Notes under the pieces: model-generated | What the model was told of the DNA's origin: nothing | Databases searched by the model: none | Seen by the model: the letters and a program-made list of their open reading frames with translations, nothing else | IMG/VR virus record: IMGVR_UViG_3300028840_008180 | Span: 1-64,000 of that record | Direction: 5' to 3' (one strand) | DNA length: 64,000 nucleotides | Origin: a virus | In this document: in pieces, positions 46,590 through 56,849 of the stretch | How positions within the stretch are numbered: position 1 is the stretch's first letter | Layout: the number at the start of each line of letters is the position of its first letter | Translations under genes and position numbers: made by a program

Positions 46590-46801
46590 ACGAACTCCGC
46601 AGCCTCTTCAGGTTCTAGGTACATGTCTGTCCGAGAGTCGTAGTACTTACCCTCTTTGGGGTCGTAGTAGACTACTCTTCCGTTCTTCATTCTGAATGGC
46701 CCTTCCAAACCGGGCCTCTCTGGATACTCTTCGGGGTCAATAGGCGGCATCGCTTGCCAGTCTTCTTTCATTTGGACCCATTTGATGAATTTGATATGCA
46801 T
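46586..46801 (-). CDS. small conserved myophage protein
   Basis: GLEGPF...GRVVYYDPKEGKYYD; start MHIKF. Confidence 0.65.
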   Translation of the reverse strand: MHIKFIKWVQMKEDWQAMPPIDPEEYPERPGLEGPFRMKNGRVVYYDPKEGKYYDSRTDMYLEPEEAAEFV

Positions 46802-46873
46802 AAGCACTCCCTTCTTCGACAAGCTATCTATGACGTTTGGGTTCCAATATACTCTCCATCGCCATATATATCC

Positions 46874-47302
46874 ATGATGAAGAGCTTCAAAGAATACAAA
46901 GCCACCCGTGATTTCCAGCAGGAGTGGCACGACAATTTGAGATTTGCCAAGAGAATCTACAAGGACTACCTCGTCGACAAGGTGAATCCGTTTGAAAGAC
47001 TTGAGGACCACAATCTGATTGTCGGTGCATTTCGTGCCCTCAACCATCCGAAGATTAACCACCACCTAAAGCGAGTTGAAGAGATGCGACCAAACTATCA
47101 GGATTTGGAGGTCGCCCAACTAGGTCCGCCATCGGCAATAATGATGGACAACGAAGGAATAATGCTGCACCCGTCGACAGAACACCAGGATGCTCAGGGT
47201 CAACTGGAGCGGAAGGCTCGACGGTATTACTACCGAATGAGAGACTTAGGAGATTGGCTTAGCTCTCGCTCACTAGAACCGACACCGGCGATATCGACTT
47301 AG
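46874..47302 (+). CDS. protein with capsid-targeting-like N-terminus
   Basis: Starts MMKSFKEY after TATATAT. Confidence 0.6.
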   Translation: MMKSFKEYKATRDFQQEWHDNLRFAKRIYKDYLVDKVNPFERLEDHNLIVGAFRALNHPKINHHLKRVEEMRPNYQDLEVAQLGPPSAIMMDNEGIMLHPSTEHQDAQGQLERKARRYYYRMRDLGDWLSSRSLEPTPAIST

Positions 47303-47313
47303 CGGAGAGAATC

Positions 47314-47736
47314 ATGCGATTCGGCCAATGGCTCCTACTCAACGAAGTTCCGCACAAGACACTCAGAGTGCCTATCGAATACGAGGGTAACTTCATCATG
47401 ATCATTGATCTGAAAGTGGAGGATTGGCGGATTGATGAAGAGGATGAAGAGACAAAGCTTATCCAACGCCGGTTGATGATGGCCCTACCGCCACCACCAC
47501 CATACTACGGCTTCATACCCGATTCCGGTGGCCGCTATCTTTATTATGACGGAAACGAGGAGTATCGCTTTGAGCTTACCAGAACCGAACCATCTAGGGG
47601 AATCAACCTAGACGAGTTGAATATCGGAGGCTCCTGGTGGGATTATGTCGAGGGAGTAGACCAGGACAATAACATGGTTAAGAAACCGTCACCACCAATA
47701 CCCTCTCGTATCCCTCAAAGGGTCCGTACCCAGTAG
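47314..47736 (+). CDS. protein with capsid-targeting-like N-terminus
   Basis: Starts MRFGQWLLLNE. Confidence 0.6.
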   Translation: MRFGQWLLLNEVPHKTLRVPIEYEGNFIMIIDLKVEDWRIDEEDEETKLIQRRLMMALPPPPPYYGFIPDSGGRYLYYDGNEEYRFELTRTEPSRGINLDELNIGGSWWDYVEGVDQDNNMVKKPSPPIPSRIPQRVRTQ

Positions 47737-48743
47737 TGGTTCTTCCGATATCCGTCGTCATCACGTAGCCTGTGTCGGTACGCTTGTCGCTCTAAAAGCC
47801 GGTTGATGAATGCTCTGGCGTCTTTTGGTGGCTCGCACCTCAAAAGAGAAGCAAACTGCGCCCGATCCGCCACCTTCTCAAAGGTTAAACCCTTCTGGGT
47901 GAAGATGTCTTCTCCATAAGTGAAAACGGGTCTCTCAACCAACATCGCCTCCAGAACACTTGTGGAGTTGATAGCCACCATCGCTTTCATGTGTTGGTAC
48001 AAGTCTAGCTTATTGATCTTCGCTTTAGAAATGTCTACCATGCCTGACGGCACCCGTGTTGGCTTGTTATTTGCCGGGTGATTCTTGACTAGGATTTTGA
48101 TGCCAGGGGGCACAACCTTCCTAATGTGCTCAAGAAATTGATGGTTGTTTTTGAATGGGGTGAAACGGAACTTGAAGTCTGGCTTCCCGTCACTCGTAGG
48201 CGTATCCACTTGTAGCGGCACGTAAATATAGTCTCTGTAACCTACAGCGCTGCCCACGTTCCACTTGTTCTTGATGTACTTGTACTCCACTGGATTGTCA
48301 GGAGCGCCTCGTAACTCTGTTATTCCCGCCTGTCGGATGGAGGATAACGGCCCTGCACCTTGGTCGTCAATGTAGAAACACTCGTTCCACGGCAACCAAC
48401 CGTACTCGGAGAAGAGAAATTTGGCCTTAATCTTGTTCTGCAACCACTTACCCGTGTCGTCATTGCCGTTTCCCAGACAGATGTAATCGGAATCGAGCTT
48501 GCCAATTTGGTCGGCTAACTGGCTATGACTAGACCACGACCGGTTCGGAAGGTCGGTGAGTTTCGTGACAATGCTGTTCCTGACAGATGGTTTGTACTTA
48601 CCTGTCTTAAACCACCCTTTTCTGGCAATAGAGGAGTGCCAGAGCACACCCACGACCTCATGTTCCGTGGAACGGAACATGAGGTCGAAATCGCATGCGT
48701 TGATGCTATATCGTTTCGTTGCAATGATGATTATTTTAGACAT
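47715..48743 (-). CDS. KpsS/KpsC-like (capsule synthesis family) glycosyltransferase
   Basis: EYGWLP, YVPLQV, KNHP, INSTSVLEA, PVFTYG. Confidence 0.75.
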   Translation of the reverse strand: MSKIIIIATKRYSINACDFDLMFRSTEHEVVGVLWHSSIARKGWFKTGKYKPSVRNSIVTKLTDLPNRSWSSHSQLADQIGKLDSDYICLGNGNDDTGKWLQNKIKAKFLFSEYGWLPWNECFYIDDQGAGPLSSIRQAGITELRGAPDNPVEYKYIKNKWNVGSAVGYRDYIYVPLQVDTPTSDGKPDFKFRFTPFKNNHQFLEHIRKVVPPGIKILVKNHPANNKPTRVPSGMVDISKAKINKLDLYQHMKAMVAINSTSVLEAMLVERPVFTYGEDIFTQKGLTFEKVADRAQFASLLRCEPPKDARAFINRLLERQAYRHRLRDDDGYRKNHYWVRTL

Positions 48744-48755
48744 AGGAGATTTCTT

Positions 48756-49430
48756 CTACGCAACAGCCACGATATCCATAAGTGTGTAATCAAACAAAAC
48801 ATTGATGAAATCGCATGGCTCGGAAGCATCGCCTGCCCAGCCAACGCTGTCACAACCACTACCACCCGTGTTGAAATTGGTTACACAATTACCATTAGAG
48901 CCCGATGTATAGATTTGGAAATCGAGACGGGCGTATGTTAGGTCTGGGTAACAAATTGTCGTTGCCCCAAGGGCTGTACCGGTTGATCCATTGCTAAGCA
49001 ATTCTACAACAATGGCAGATGTTCCACACGGTAAACCACTAGTTGATCCATAGTAACACCCTGCTGTGGGAGGTTGGTTGGTGAAGGCTCCGGACCACGA
49101 GGCGTTGAGTGTATCGACTTGCGTTTGGGTTAGTTGTGGGCATGCCCAAGCGGCGGCAAAGTCGTCACAGTTGCCACTGCAACCGTTGCCGCTTCCGCCG
49201 AGGTTTGTGCCGGTACCGAAGGTAACTGTTATACTTGATGGCGTCGTATCTGTATCGCAAAGACCACATGTAAGGCCAGCCGGTGGTGGTGCTGGTCCTG
49301 TTGGGCACGTACATTCTGCGCAACAATGCCCACAACAGCAGCACTCAAGAAATGCCTGTGAGCCGCAGATACAGTCCTGAAGCTGCTGCGCAAACCCACT
49401 CATATCAAATCTCATGCCAACCATAATCAA
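48756..49430 (-). CDS. Cys/Gly/Thr-rich protein
   Basis: CCCCGHCCAECTC and many further Cys. Confidence 0.6.
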   Translation of the reverse strand: MIMVGMRFDMSGFAQQLQDCICGSQAFLECCCCGHCCAECTCPTGPAPPPAGLTCGLCDTDTTPSSITVTFGTGTNLGGSGNGCSGNCDDFAAAWACPQLTQTQVDTLNASWSGAFTNQPPTAGCYYGSTSGLPCGTSAIVVELLSNGSTGTALGATTICYPDLTYARLDFQIYTSGSNGNCVTNFNTGGSGCDSVGWAGDASEPCDFINVLFDYTLMDIVAVA

Positions 49431-50119
49431 CTCCTAGCTAAGTACTTATGCCAAACTTCTTCAAATTCCTCGTACCCCCTTTCACCGCCCAACCATGGTT
49501 TTTTTCCGACAAAGTGCAGCCCAATGTAATCCCGGTTCCTTTTGGCGAGACGTTTCGTCGTATTCCATTTCATTGGTAATCGGGTGAGGGTGAAACATTT
49601 TCGGCGTATCGCCTGCATCAGAACCGTTTGGTCTGCGAGGTGTGCCCTCTTCATAGTACTCATTAACTTGATGATCTTGTCATAAACGGTGGGTTTGAGT
49701 TTGTTTAAGAGGATCAACCCGCTGTTGTATTCCCGATGGCTTGCGTGGTAGACAAACCCCGCTTCTGTTCGGAGCTTCATATCCAGCAACGGTTGAATCG
49801 AATCCACAAACACCATATCCGAGTCGATGAAGAGGAGTCGGTCGTAACTGCACACTAATCTAAAAATCTCCAACTTGAAGAATGCATTTTTCAGTGGTGG
49901 TGTGTGCTTTGGAAGTTGCCTATACTTTGATCGGTCGGGTTGAATGAATTGACATCGTGGATAGGTCTTGAGGCAGAGATTTCGATCCTTCTCGGTCAGG
50001 TCGATATCCAAACACAACATGGTTTCATCAAAACCCTTAGTGTGCATCTGGATGCTGTTCATCAGGGCTCGAAACCCAGGAAGGAATTTACTTGTAAGTA
50101 CGGTGCAAACACACTTCAT
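49427..50119 (-). CDS. GT8-family glycosyltransferase
   Basis: FFKLEIF, LFIDSDM, YNSG, ADQ, HFVGKKPW. Confidence 0.88.
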   Translation of the reverse strand: MKCVCTVLTSKFLPGFRALMNSIQMHTKGFDETMLCLDIDLTEKDRNLCLKTYPRCQFIQPDRSKYRQLPKHTPPLKNAFFKLEIFRLVCSYDRLLFIDSDMVFVDSIQPLLDMKLRTEAGFVYHASHREYNSGLILLNKLKPTVYDKIIKLMSTMKRAHLADQTVLMQAIRRKCFTLTRLPMKWNTTKRLAKRNRDYIGLHFVGKKPWLGGERGYEEFEEVWHKYLARS

Positions 50120-51195
50120 AAACCTACCGTCTCGTGCCAAATTTGCCTAATATGCCCATCGAAATACGGCTTAAGTTCCGTGTATCGATGTTGTATCTGT
50201 TCTCCCAACTCTCCGATGCGGGCAACATGATCCTCAACTTGATCTTCGATATCCCTATCGGTAAGCTTCAATACTCTTCCGCCTCCCCTGTAAAGGAGAT
50301 TATCACCGTCCACTTTACAACTCTTTGAGGCGATTGGGAGGAATGGGCATCCAGAAAGGAAGGACATGACTGTTCCGTGGTGTCGGCCTGTGATGTTCAG
50401 AGATGCTTGTGAGCACAGCCGGATATAGTCTTTGAAGTAGACCACATTGACACGCTCCACCGGTAATTTGTATCGTTTCATGAACTCGTTGAAAAACACA
50501 TCATCGCCCTTGATCATGCTGGGCCAGCCAACCAGAACAATTTCGTATTGGTGCTTGTACTGTAGCAACTGATCAACGATTCTCTTGTATCCCTTCATCG
50601 CCACGTCAGTGGACACGGTTTTCAAACATGTCCCACCACCAACCATAATGATATTATCTCGCCACGTATCAGCTTTTTTGTGCGTGCAGGTAAGGTCGGG
50701 GAAGAGCTTAACTTTGGGGAATAGGGGTTTCACTCGGTCGAATGACATGGGCTCCCGCACGCTTACGCCGACGCAGTCGGCGTAAGCGTGCTGTGCTTGC
50801 CTGTTGTTCCCCTTACTGTGGATATTGTGCGTGTAGTTCACCATGTAGGTTTTTACGCCTGCGTTTTTTGCCTTGTGGATGAGTGAGAAGATTCCCTTCG
50901 AGACGTTGGAAAGGCGATCTTTGCTATACTCGCCCATTCCGCCCTCACCGTTGATGATCATGAAGTCGTAATTCTGAATACTCAATCCACCGGTGGTACG
51001 GGTGATGCTTTTCCCGCCACGGTAAACACGTTCTCTCATTGTGATCCGCCGCCCGTTGAGGAGCGACCGGAGGGTGATACAGTCTATGTCTGTTTCTGGC
51101 TGGTATTTCAGGATGTTCTCGTACAACGCCGCCGTGTTTGCTTGGCAGCCCAGATTTGGGTTGGTAGAAGTATCACAAGTAAGCAAAATTCGCAT
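50116..51195 (-). CDS. polysaccharide pyruvyl transferase family protein
   Basis: NLGC, NGEG, VSVREPMS, FPDL, TGRHHG. Confidence 0.8.
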   Translation of the reverse strand: MRILLTCDTSTNPNLGCQANTAALYENILKYQPETDIDCITLRSLLNGRRITMRERVYRGGKSITRTTGGLSIQNYDFMIINGEGGMGEYSKDRLSNVSKGIFSLIHKAKNAGVKTYMVNYTHNIHSKGNNRQAQHAYADCVGVSVREPMSFDRVKPLFPKVKLFPDLTCTHKKADTWRDNIIMVGGGTCLKTVSTDVAMKGYKRIVDQLLQYKHQYEIVLVGWPSMIKGDDVFFNEFMKRYKLPVERVNVVYFKDYIRLCSQASLNITGRHHGTVMSFLSGCPFLPIASKSCKVDGDNLLYRGGGRVLKLTDRDIEDQVEDHVARIGELGEQIQHRYTELKPYFDGHIRQIWHETVGL

Positions 51196-51233
51196 TGATA
51201 ACTCCTTCTGTATATAGCCAGGAGATTTGAACA

Positions 51234-51863
51234 ATGGGATTTGATTACAGCCAACCTTACAAGTATTGGAACAATCGTTTCGAGGAACAGGGGCAGGAGT
51301 ATGTAGCTCACCGCCAGCTTCGGAACTACGACAAGCAGAAGGAGATCATCGGTAATGCCGTGAGGCCATTCCTGGTGAAGCGGTCTAAGACCTTGGACTT
51401 TGGTAGTGGTGTTGGTCGCTTCCAAGACATGTTGTGGCGGCATTCGGATGAGGTCTACGCATTGGATTATGTCAAAGGTGCTTTGGGAATCTTGAAGGAG
51501 AGTTGGCCTCAGACGGAGACGGTATGCCATGGTCACTTACCGCTCCCGTTTAGCACCGGGACATTTGACCTCATTTGGACGTGTACGGTGTTGCAGCATA
51601 TTGTGGAGCAGGATTACTTCGAGGGGACGTGCAGAGAACTCTACCGTATCGCTGCTCCTGGTGGGAATTTCCTGATGGTTGAGAATGTCTCAGATGATGC
51701 GCCGCATGTTAAGCCGAGGGCCGCTCTCGATTACGCAGAAGCGATAGGTTTCGATCCGATGCACATTGAGAAGATATCGGTCGACCACAAGGATAGTCAC
51801 TGGGTGATTTACGGTCGCAAACCTATACCCGCATGCATCTCCAACAATTCGACTTGCTTATGA
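51234..51863 (+). CDS. class I SAM-dependent methyltransferase
   Basis: LDFGSGVGR, LPF..GTFDLI, VLQH, PGG. Confidence 0.88.
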   Translation: MGFDYSQPYKYWNNRFEEQGQEYVAHRQLRNYDKQKEIIGNAVRPFLVKRSKTLDFGSGVGRFQDMLWRHSDEVYALDYVKGALGILKESWPQTETVCHGHLPLPFSTGTFDLIWTCTVLQHIVEQDYFEGTCRELYRIAAPGGNFLMVENVSDDAPHVKPRAALDYAEAIGFDPMHIEKISVDHKDSHWVIYGRKPIPACISNNSTCL

Positions 51864-52831
51864 ACGGGTTGTCTCTCTTGGATCATGTACTTGTCTAACC
51901 ACCAGAGCATCCGGAGTTGTTGTAGCTTCATCTCCTTGGCGTCATAGTCCTTTTTGAGCATCTTCGTTAAGCCTCGCTCGACATTCGGGTCGTAGACAAC
52001 GGTCCCCGAGTTAGAGAAGAACGATTTGCCGCAACAATAGACTGGTGTTAGAGAGACAATGTTGTCGATGATCGAGCCAGAGTTGACACATGACGTGAAT
52101 ACTGCCTTCTGCATGAGGTTAAAGACTGAGTTGTTAACAACATGGAAGTTCTTATGGCTCTTGAGAGTCTTCTTCTGGAACCTTTCTAACTCTCGCTTTC
52201 CGTGGGCGGGCGAGTCACCGATACCGGGGTGTGGCTTATATACGACATGTAACTTGTGTTGGGTGGCGAAATCAAGCGTTCTCTGGATTAGTTCCTTCAA
52301 TCCGATTTTACTGTAAAATACCACAGAGGCGTCGTAAAGTACCTGTCCTGGGACGAAAATGTATGGTACGTCCGGAATCTTGTCGCTCTGGGGCTGCGCT
52401 CTCTTTGAAAGGTGGCTCTTCATCATGCTCCTCCGAAGACCTTCTACGGAGGTTCGAGATGGACATTCCTTGATGAGGTTTCGGATGGTATCGTAGTAGT
52501 GCGAATCACCGAAGAGCTTCTTACGGTCCACCACAATGGATTTAGGGAGCCATCCGTGATCGTAGCATGTGACCGGCTTTCCAGCCTTACGGTGTTGCTT
52601 GTATCTCGCTGTTCGCTTCTCGTGGCCGTAAGGGCTAAGGCAGATGTAGTAGTCGAAAACCCCATTCTTGTACGTCTTGAAGCCCGTATTCTTCACACGG
52701 TGGTTTGCAGACCAAATCTGATGGCCACATTTGACAAGCTCTTTGCAAATTCCTTGCCAAATCTTGTATCGCCAATCGTATGTCGAACCACCGGCATGAG
52801 GGTAGTTAATGAGGTCAATGAGAATCTTCAT
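51809..52831 (-). CDS. second KpsS/KpsC-like glycosyltransferase
   Basis: DHGWLP, VPGQVLYDAS, KPHP, VNSG, PVYCCG. Confidence 0.75.
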   Translation of the reverse strand: MKILIDLINYPHAGGSTYDWRYKIWQGICKELVKCGHQIWSANHRVKNTGFKTYKNGVFDYYICLSPYGHEKRTARYKQHRKAGKPVTCYDHGWLPKSIVVDRKKLFGDSHYYDTIRNLIKECPSRTSVEGLRRSMMKSHLSKRAQPQSDKIPDVPYIFVPGQVLYDASVVFYSKIGLKELIQRTLDFATQHKLHVVYKPHPGIGDSPAHGKRELERFQKKTLKSHKNFHVVNNSVFNLMQKAVFTSCVNSGSIIDNIVSLTPVYCCGKSFFSNSGTVVYDPNVERGLTKMLKKDYDAKEMKLQQLRMLWWLDKYMIQERQPVHKQVELLEMHAGIGLRP

Positions 52832-52910
52832 ACAGTTTAGTTAGTACTGCCATTGACAAAATCGGGTCCTATCATCTATCGTATAAGAGTCTCGTTTTAG
52901 GAGGAAAACC

Positions 52911-53189
52911 ATGAGAGTGGCCGTACACTTCGAGGTCTCAGAGGGAGGTAGTGTCTACCACAAGACCAAGATTGTGGAGACGGACTTTCTTGAAGAGGAG
53001 ATGGATGCGATAGAGTTTGCCCACCGCAAGGATGAGACATTCTGTTGGTTACCGTTTCGAGACCTCCAGATCAAGTTGATCAAAACTGCTCTACCTGACA
53101 TGTTCGTCGATCCGCTCCATTTCTCATACGACTTCCGACGTGCTGTGATCAATCAAAAGGGCGTCAGTAACGCCAAGCTAAAGAAATAG
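52911..53189 (+). CDS. hypothetical protein
   Basis: SD AGGAGG; TTGACA at 52853. Confidence 0.65.
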   Translation: MRVAVHFEVSEGGSVYHKTKIVETDFLEEEMDAIEFAHRKDETFCWLPFRDLQIKLIKTALPDMFVDPLHFSYDFRRAVINQKGVSNAKLKK

Positions 53190-53280
53190 CCCTCCCCCAG
53201 ATTCAAGGTCTGGGGCAGGGCCAAGCACGTCGCTTCTAGCCCGAGCCCAGGCAAAATCAGCACCTGTACTCCTTGGAGAG

Positions 53281-53356
53281 AGAGTTGCCACGGTGGGACT
53301 CTAACCCACGTCCTCGAAAATGATCGAGGTGTTCACCGACACTTCATGACGACTCT
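53281..53356 (-). ncRNA. tRNA-like structured element
   Basis: Closing stem AGAGTCGTCATG/CGTGGCAACTCT; D-like, anticodon-like (6-nt loop) and T-like (GTGGG-TTAGAGT-CCCAC) arms. Confidence 0.5.
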
Positions 53357-53553
53357 GGGCCAAGCGGAAACTAAATTGTCAGCGCACCATGTAGGGGTGC
53401 GCACGAGCTATTGGTTGATGACATGTTCGATCATCTTCATAGCCCTTTCATACCCTCTAATTGTACCTACTTGATAGCCTATGTAAAGACCAATCAGGGT
53501 GCCTATGACAAACATCCAAAAAACCGCACGCTTGAAAATTCCCATTGTATTCC

Positions 53554-54000
53554 TCAAATTCGATATTCTAGTTCATCTGGGTCTTCCTTCCAATAGTTCC
53601 AACGGGCGTACTCTTCGGCGTATTGATCGTCGACTTCCTGCATCTTCCACCGGGCCATCTGCTCAATGGCGTCGGTTTTACTGATAAATGGTCGGGGCAT
53701 AAACGACTGCCACTCGTTTGGGATAGGGCGGGATTCCAACGCCACGCCGTCTCTCGTCCACGATAGGGCTTTTCCATACTCCTCGTAGTCTGGATACGTG
53801 GTTAGTTTGGGGAAGACGTAAGCCCAAAATAATGCGAATCGCTTCAGGGCTAACTTCCTACCGCTATACTCAGCCCAATAGATATTGTGGCGATCTAACG
53901 ACTCGATGAAGCGATATTTCCCTTGCTGGAGATCGTAAGCGAGGATACGATATTCCTCGTATTTGGCGACAACCATTGATGATGTCGAACTGTGTAACAT
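53554..54000 (-). CDS. hypothetical protein
   Basis: 148 aa; SD AGGAGG. Confidence 0.65.
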   Translation of the reverse strand: MLHSSTSSMVVAKYEEYRILAYDLQQGKYRFIESLDRHNIYWAEYSGRKLALKRFALFWAYVFPKLTTYPDYEEYGKALSWTRDGVALESRPIPNEWQSFMPRPFISKTDAIEQMARWKMQEVDDQYAEEYARWNYWKEDPDELEYRI

Positions 54001-54017
54001 AACTACCTCCTATCTCG

Positions 54018-54046
54018 TTATCGGCATATTGAGGGCTTTCCTTTAG
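54018..54046 (-). promoter_or_regulatory. sigma28-like promoter
   Basis: CTAAA-N16-GCCGATAA. Confidence 0.75.
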
Positions 54047-54077
54047 GAGAAACGTATATAATCACACAGGAGGAATT

Positions 54078-54500
54078 ATGGCCATAGTCGTCCCTAACGA
54101 GGGTGAGCTAGAACTGCTCGAAAAGATGATCAAAGAAGCCTTAGGCACTGATGAGAACTACAGTCTGAAGCTCTACGGCAACAACTACACGCCCGTCGCA
54201 ACAAGCACCTCGGCGGACTTCATTGAACCGGTATTTACCAATTATGCGGCAAAAACACTTACCAGGGCCGGATGGGACAGCCCCATTACCTTAGCCAATG
54301 GTGAAGCGTATATCGAGTACGCAACCGAACAGGTCTGGACGTGTGGGGTCGTGGGAGACACGGTCTACGGCTACTTCATTGAGGGATCAACTTCTGGAAA
54401 GGTCTTGTGGGCTGAGAGATTAGAGTCGGCGGTGGTACTTACGAGCGGAGATGACCTCAAGATAACACCCTCCTTCACACTTCGTAGTCGGGAGGGTTAA
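54078..54500 (+). CDS. virion structural protein, paralogue of 5752..6156
   Basis: MAIVVPNEGE...YGYF...LWAER. Confidence 0.65.
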   Translation: MAIVVPNEGELELLEKMIKEALGTDENYSLKLYGNNYTPVATSTSADFIEPVFTNYAAKTLTRAGWDSPITLANGEAYIEYATEQVWTCGVVGDTVYGYFIEGSTSGKVLWAERLESAVVLTSGDDLKITPSFTLRSREG

Positions 54501-54964
54501 TGGCAACGTACATAATCGTACCAGACGGTGGTGCTGATGTTGATGGTTGTGCCGAGGCATACCATGTGAAGACGTTTGACTATGAGTTCGGAGAGAACGA
54601 TTACGCATTCGTCAAACGTAAGGCTGAGGGTGGCTACCTTGAAGAGGTGGTCATTGAAGAGGTCCAGGTCGGCCAGGATCAGTATGGTCACGACTTCATT
54701 ACGTATAAGGATACGTGGCACTCCATCTGGAATGAGAATGAATTGGTCGCCGAACAAGATGCTATCGATGTTGCTATCGATTACTGGGAGACCCAGATTG
54801 TAAGATTAGAGGCGGTCCCATTGTGCGAGGGTGATAACGAAGACCTCTTATTCAGTGACGTTTTGGAACGAATTGAAGCAATGATTGAAAGGTTGCAGAA
54901 TATAACAGATATCAAGATTCCCTTGGGTGGATATTATCAAAGAACCGTCAGTGTAGGGCGGTAA
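54500..54964 (+). CDS. acidic hypothetical protein
   Basis: Coupled to the previous gene. Confidence 0.65.
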   Translation: MATYIIVPDGGADVDGCAEAYHVKTFDYEFGENDYAFVKRKAEGGYLEEVVIEEVQVGQDQYGHDFITYKDTWHSIWNENELVAEQDAIDVAIDYWETQIVRLEAVPLCEGDNEDLLFSDVLERIEAMIERLQNITDIKIPLGGYYQRTVSVGR

Positions 54965-54967
54965 TTT

Positions 54968-54996
54968 CTCAACTTTCGTACCCGAAATGCCGATAC
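54968..54996 (+). promoter_or_regulatory. sigma28-like promoter
   Basis: CTCAA-N16-GCCGATAC, 7 nt before the helicase ATG. Confidence 0.65.
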
Positions 54997-55003
54997 ATAG
55001 AGT

Positions 55004-56422
55004 ATGGAGACTCTTCTTAAGATCGGGACAGTTTACTCCCGTTTACACACAAGCGACGATTGGTTGAAAGAAAAGTTCTGGCGTGCCTTCAGGAAACGTG
55101 AACTGAACTACTATCACAACCCTCTGTATAAAGCGAAGAAGTGGGATGGCTTTCGGGATTTCTTCACCAGAAAGGCCGGTCAATTTCTAACAGGGCTTCT
55201 GCCTGAAGTTGTTTACAACCTCAGACGATGTAAAACGAATTATAAGGTAGTGGATACCCGCCAGCCAATCGACTTCCTGCGGAAGTCGATTGGCGAGGAC
55301 TTCATCTGGTGCCGGGACCATGAGAAGCCGATCATTTTGCGTGACTATCAAGTAGACTACACCAACCAGATACTGAAGTACAAGCGGGGTCTTGTCTACG
55401 CTCCCACCTCATCGGGTAAGACCTATTGTATGATTAGTGCTTTGAAGTGCCTTCCCCCGAAGACACATGCGCTTGTTCTGGTGGATCGAAAAGAGCTTGT
55501 TTGGCAAAACTACGAGGAGATTAGGAAGTTTGGGTTTGATGATGTCGGTGTCTTCTACGGCGAAAAGAAGGACCCTAATTACATCACCGTATGCCTCATC
55601 AACAGCGCACCTAAACTAAGCAAGTATTACCCTGAGATTCGGGCGGTCATTGTTGATGAAATACACGACATGATTTCGGATCGGTGTATTGCTCTCTACA
55701 AGCAACTCCGCAGCGCTGATATCCGTATCGGGTTCTCTGCTACTCCGTTTCGCTCTGGTGGTAAAGATCATTGCCATAAAATGAAGGTGAAGGGACATAT
55801 GGGTGGCGTTTTGAAGACGGATGCGGTAGAAAGTGGCCGCTTGACTACTGCTGATCTTCAAGATCGAGGCGTCTTATCCTCATCAGACTGCACGTTCTTC
55901 ATGGTTGAAGAACCTCAGAGGCAGTATGACATCTATCAGGATGCTGTTACTTTCGGCATTGCCCAGAATGATTACCTTCACCACAAAGTGGTGAAGTTGA
56001 TGGAAACCCTTAAAGGTCGGACACTTCTGGTTGTCGAGCGGATCGAGCACGGCGAGAAGCTTAAGGAGATGATACCCGGATCATTTTGGCTACATGGTAG
56101 TCAGAAGAAAGGGATTCGTCAGCAAACCGTGGAGGAACTGAAGTTCCATGAAGGCGATTTTGTTGGTATTGCTGTTGATAGTATTGTCAATAAGGGTGTA
56201 AACGTCTTTATTCATAACCTCGTAAACTGTGCTGGGGGAAAAGCCGAGCATCTGGTGATTCAACGTATGGGTCGTGGCCTTCGCACGGCGGATGACAAAG
56301 AGGGCCTCAATTACTACGACTTCTTCTTCACAATCAACCCCTACCTCGAAAAGCACTCCGAAGAACGCATCAGAATCCTCAAAGCTGAGGGTCACAACGT
56401 GAAAATTGTCGACTCTCTCTAA
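55004..56422 (+). CDS. uvsW: SF2 helicase, T4 UvsW-like
   Basis: LRDYQ, APTSSGKT, DEIH, SAT, QRMGRGLR. Confidence 0.88.
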   Translation: METLLKIGTVYSRLHTSDDWLKEKFWRAFRKRELNYYHNPLYKAKKWDGFRDFFTRKAGQFLTGLLPEVVYNLRRCKTNYKVVDTRQPIDFLRKSIGEDFIWCRDHEKPIILRDYQVDYTNQILKYKRGLVYAPTSSGKTYCMISALKCLPPKTHALVLVDRKELVWQNYEEIRKFGFDDVGVFYGEKKDPNYITVCLINSAPKLSKYYPEIRAVIVDEIHDMISDRCIALYKQLRSADIRIGFSATPFRSGGKDHCHKMKVKGHMGGVLKTDAVESGRLTTADLQDRGVLSSSDCTFFMVEEPQRQYDIYQDAVTFGIAQNDYLHHKVVKLMETLKGRTLLVVERIEHGEKLKEMIPGSFWLHGSQKKGIRQQTVEELKFHEGDFVGIAVDSIVNKGVNVFIHNLVNCAGGKAEHLVIQRMGRGLRTADDKEGLNYYDFFFTINPYLEKHSEERIRILKAEGHNVKIVDSL

Positions 56423-56432
56423 TACCTACTGT

Positions 56433-56849
56433 ATGCGATTCGAGGAATACTACAAACGACGGCTAGACGAGGATAAAGCAGGTCCACATAAACCCGCCCG
56501 TTCCAATGTAGCCTACGAGTTGGGTGTGGCGGCAGCTACTGGTACGTTGGCGGGGAGTAAGATACAGGGTAAGAACATCATAGTCCAGAAACTCCGTCCG
56601 GTGGTAATGGATGCTTTCAGGATATTCCGCCGAAAGGGTTTCCACCCACAGGATATCGAAGAGATGCTTTTGGATAGCTTGCGATTGGCCATTCTCTACA
56701 CGAGTGCTGAAGGTGGCATCCGAGGTGGTTACAAGAGCAGCATGCCAGTTGCGGAGTTCATGCGTCGTAGCAAAAAGAAACACGCTGGTTATAAATCGCT
56801 AGATAAAGACGAAGATACGCCAGAAGAACCCGAACCCGATCTTGAATGA
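56433..56849 (+). CDS. hypothetical protein
   Basis: Start MRFEEYY. Confidence 0.6.
   Translation: MRFEEYYKRRLDEDKAGPHKPARSNVAYELGVAAATGTLAGSKIQGKNIIVQKLRPVVMDAFRIFRRKGFHPQDIEEMLLDSLRLAILYTSAEGGIRGGYKSSMPVAEFMRRSKKKHAGYKSLDKDEDTPEEPEPDLE

Noticed and set aside
53281-53356. tmRNA or functional tRNA
   Set aside because: No tmRNA 5' end or tag ORF found; 6-nt loop and non-canonical T-loop.
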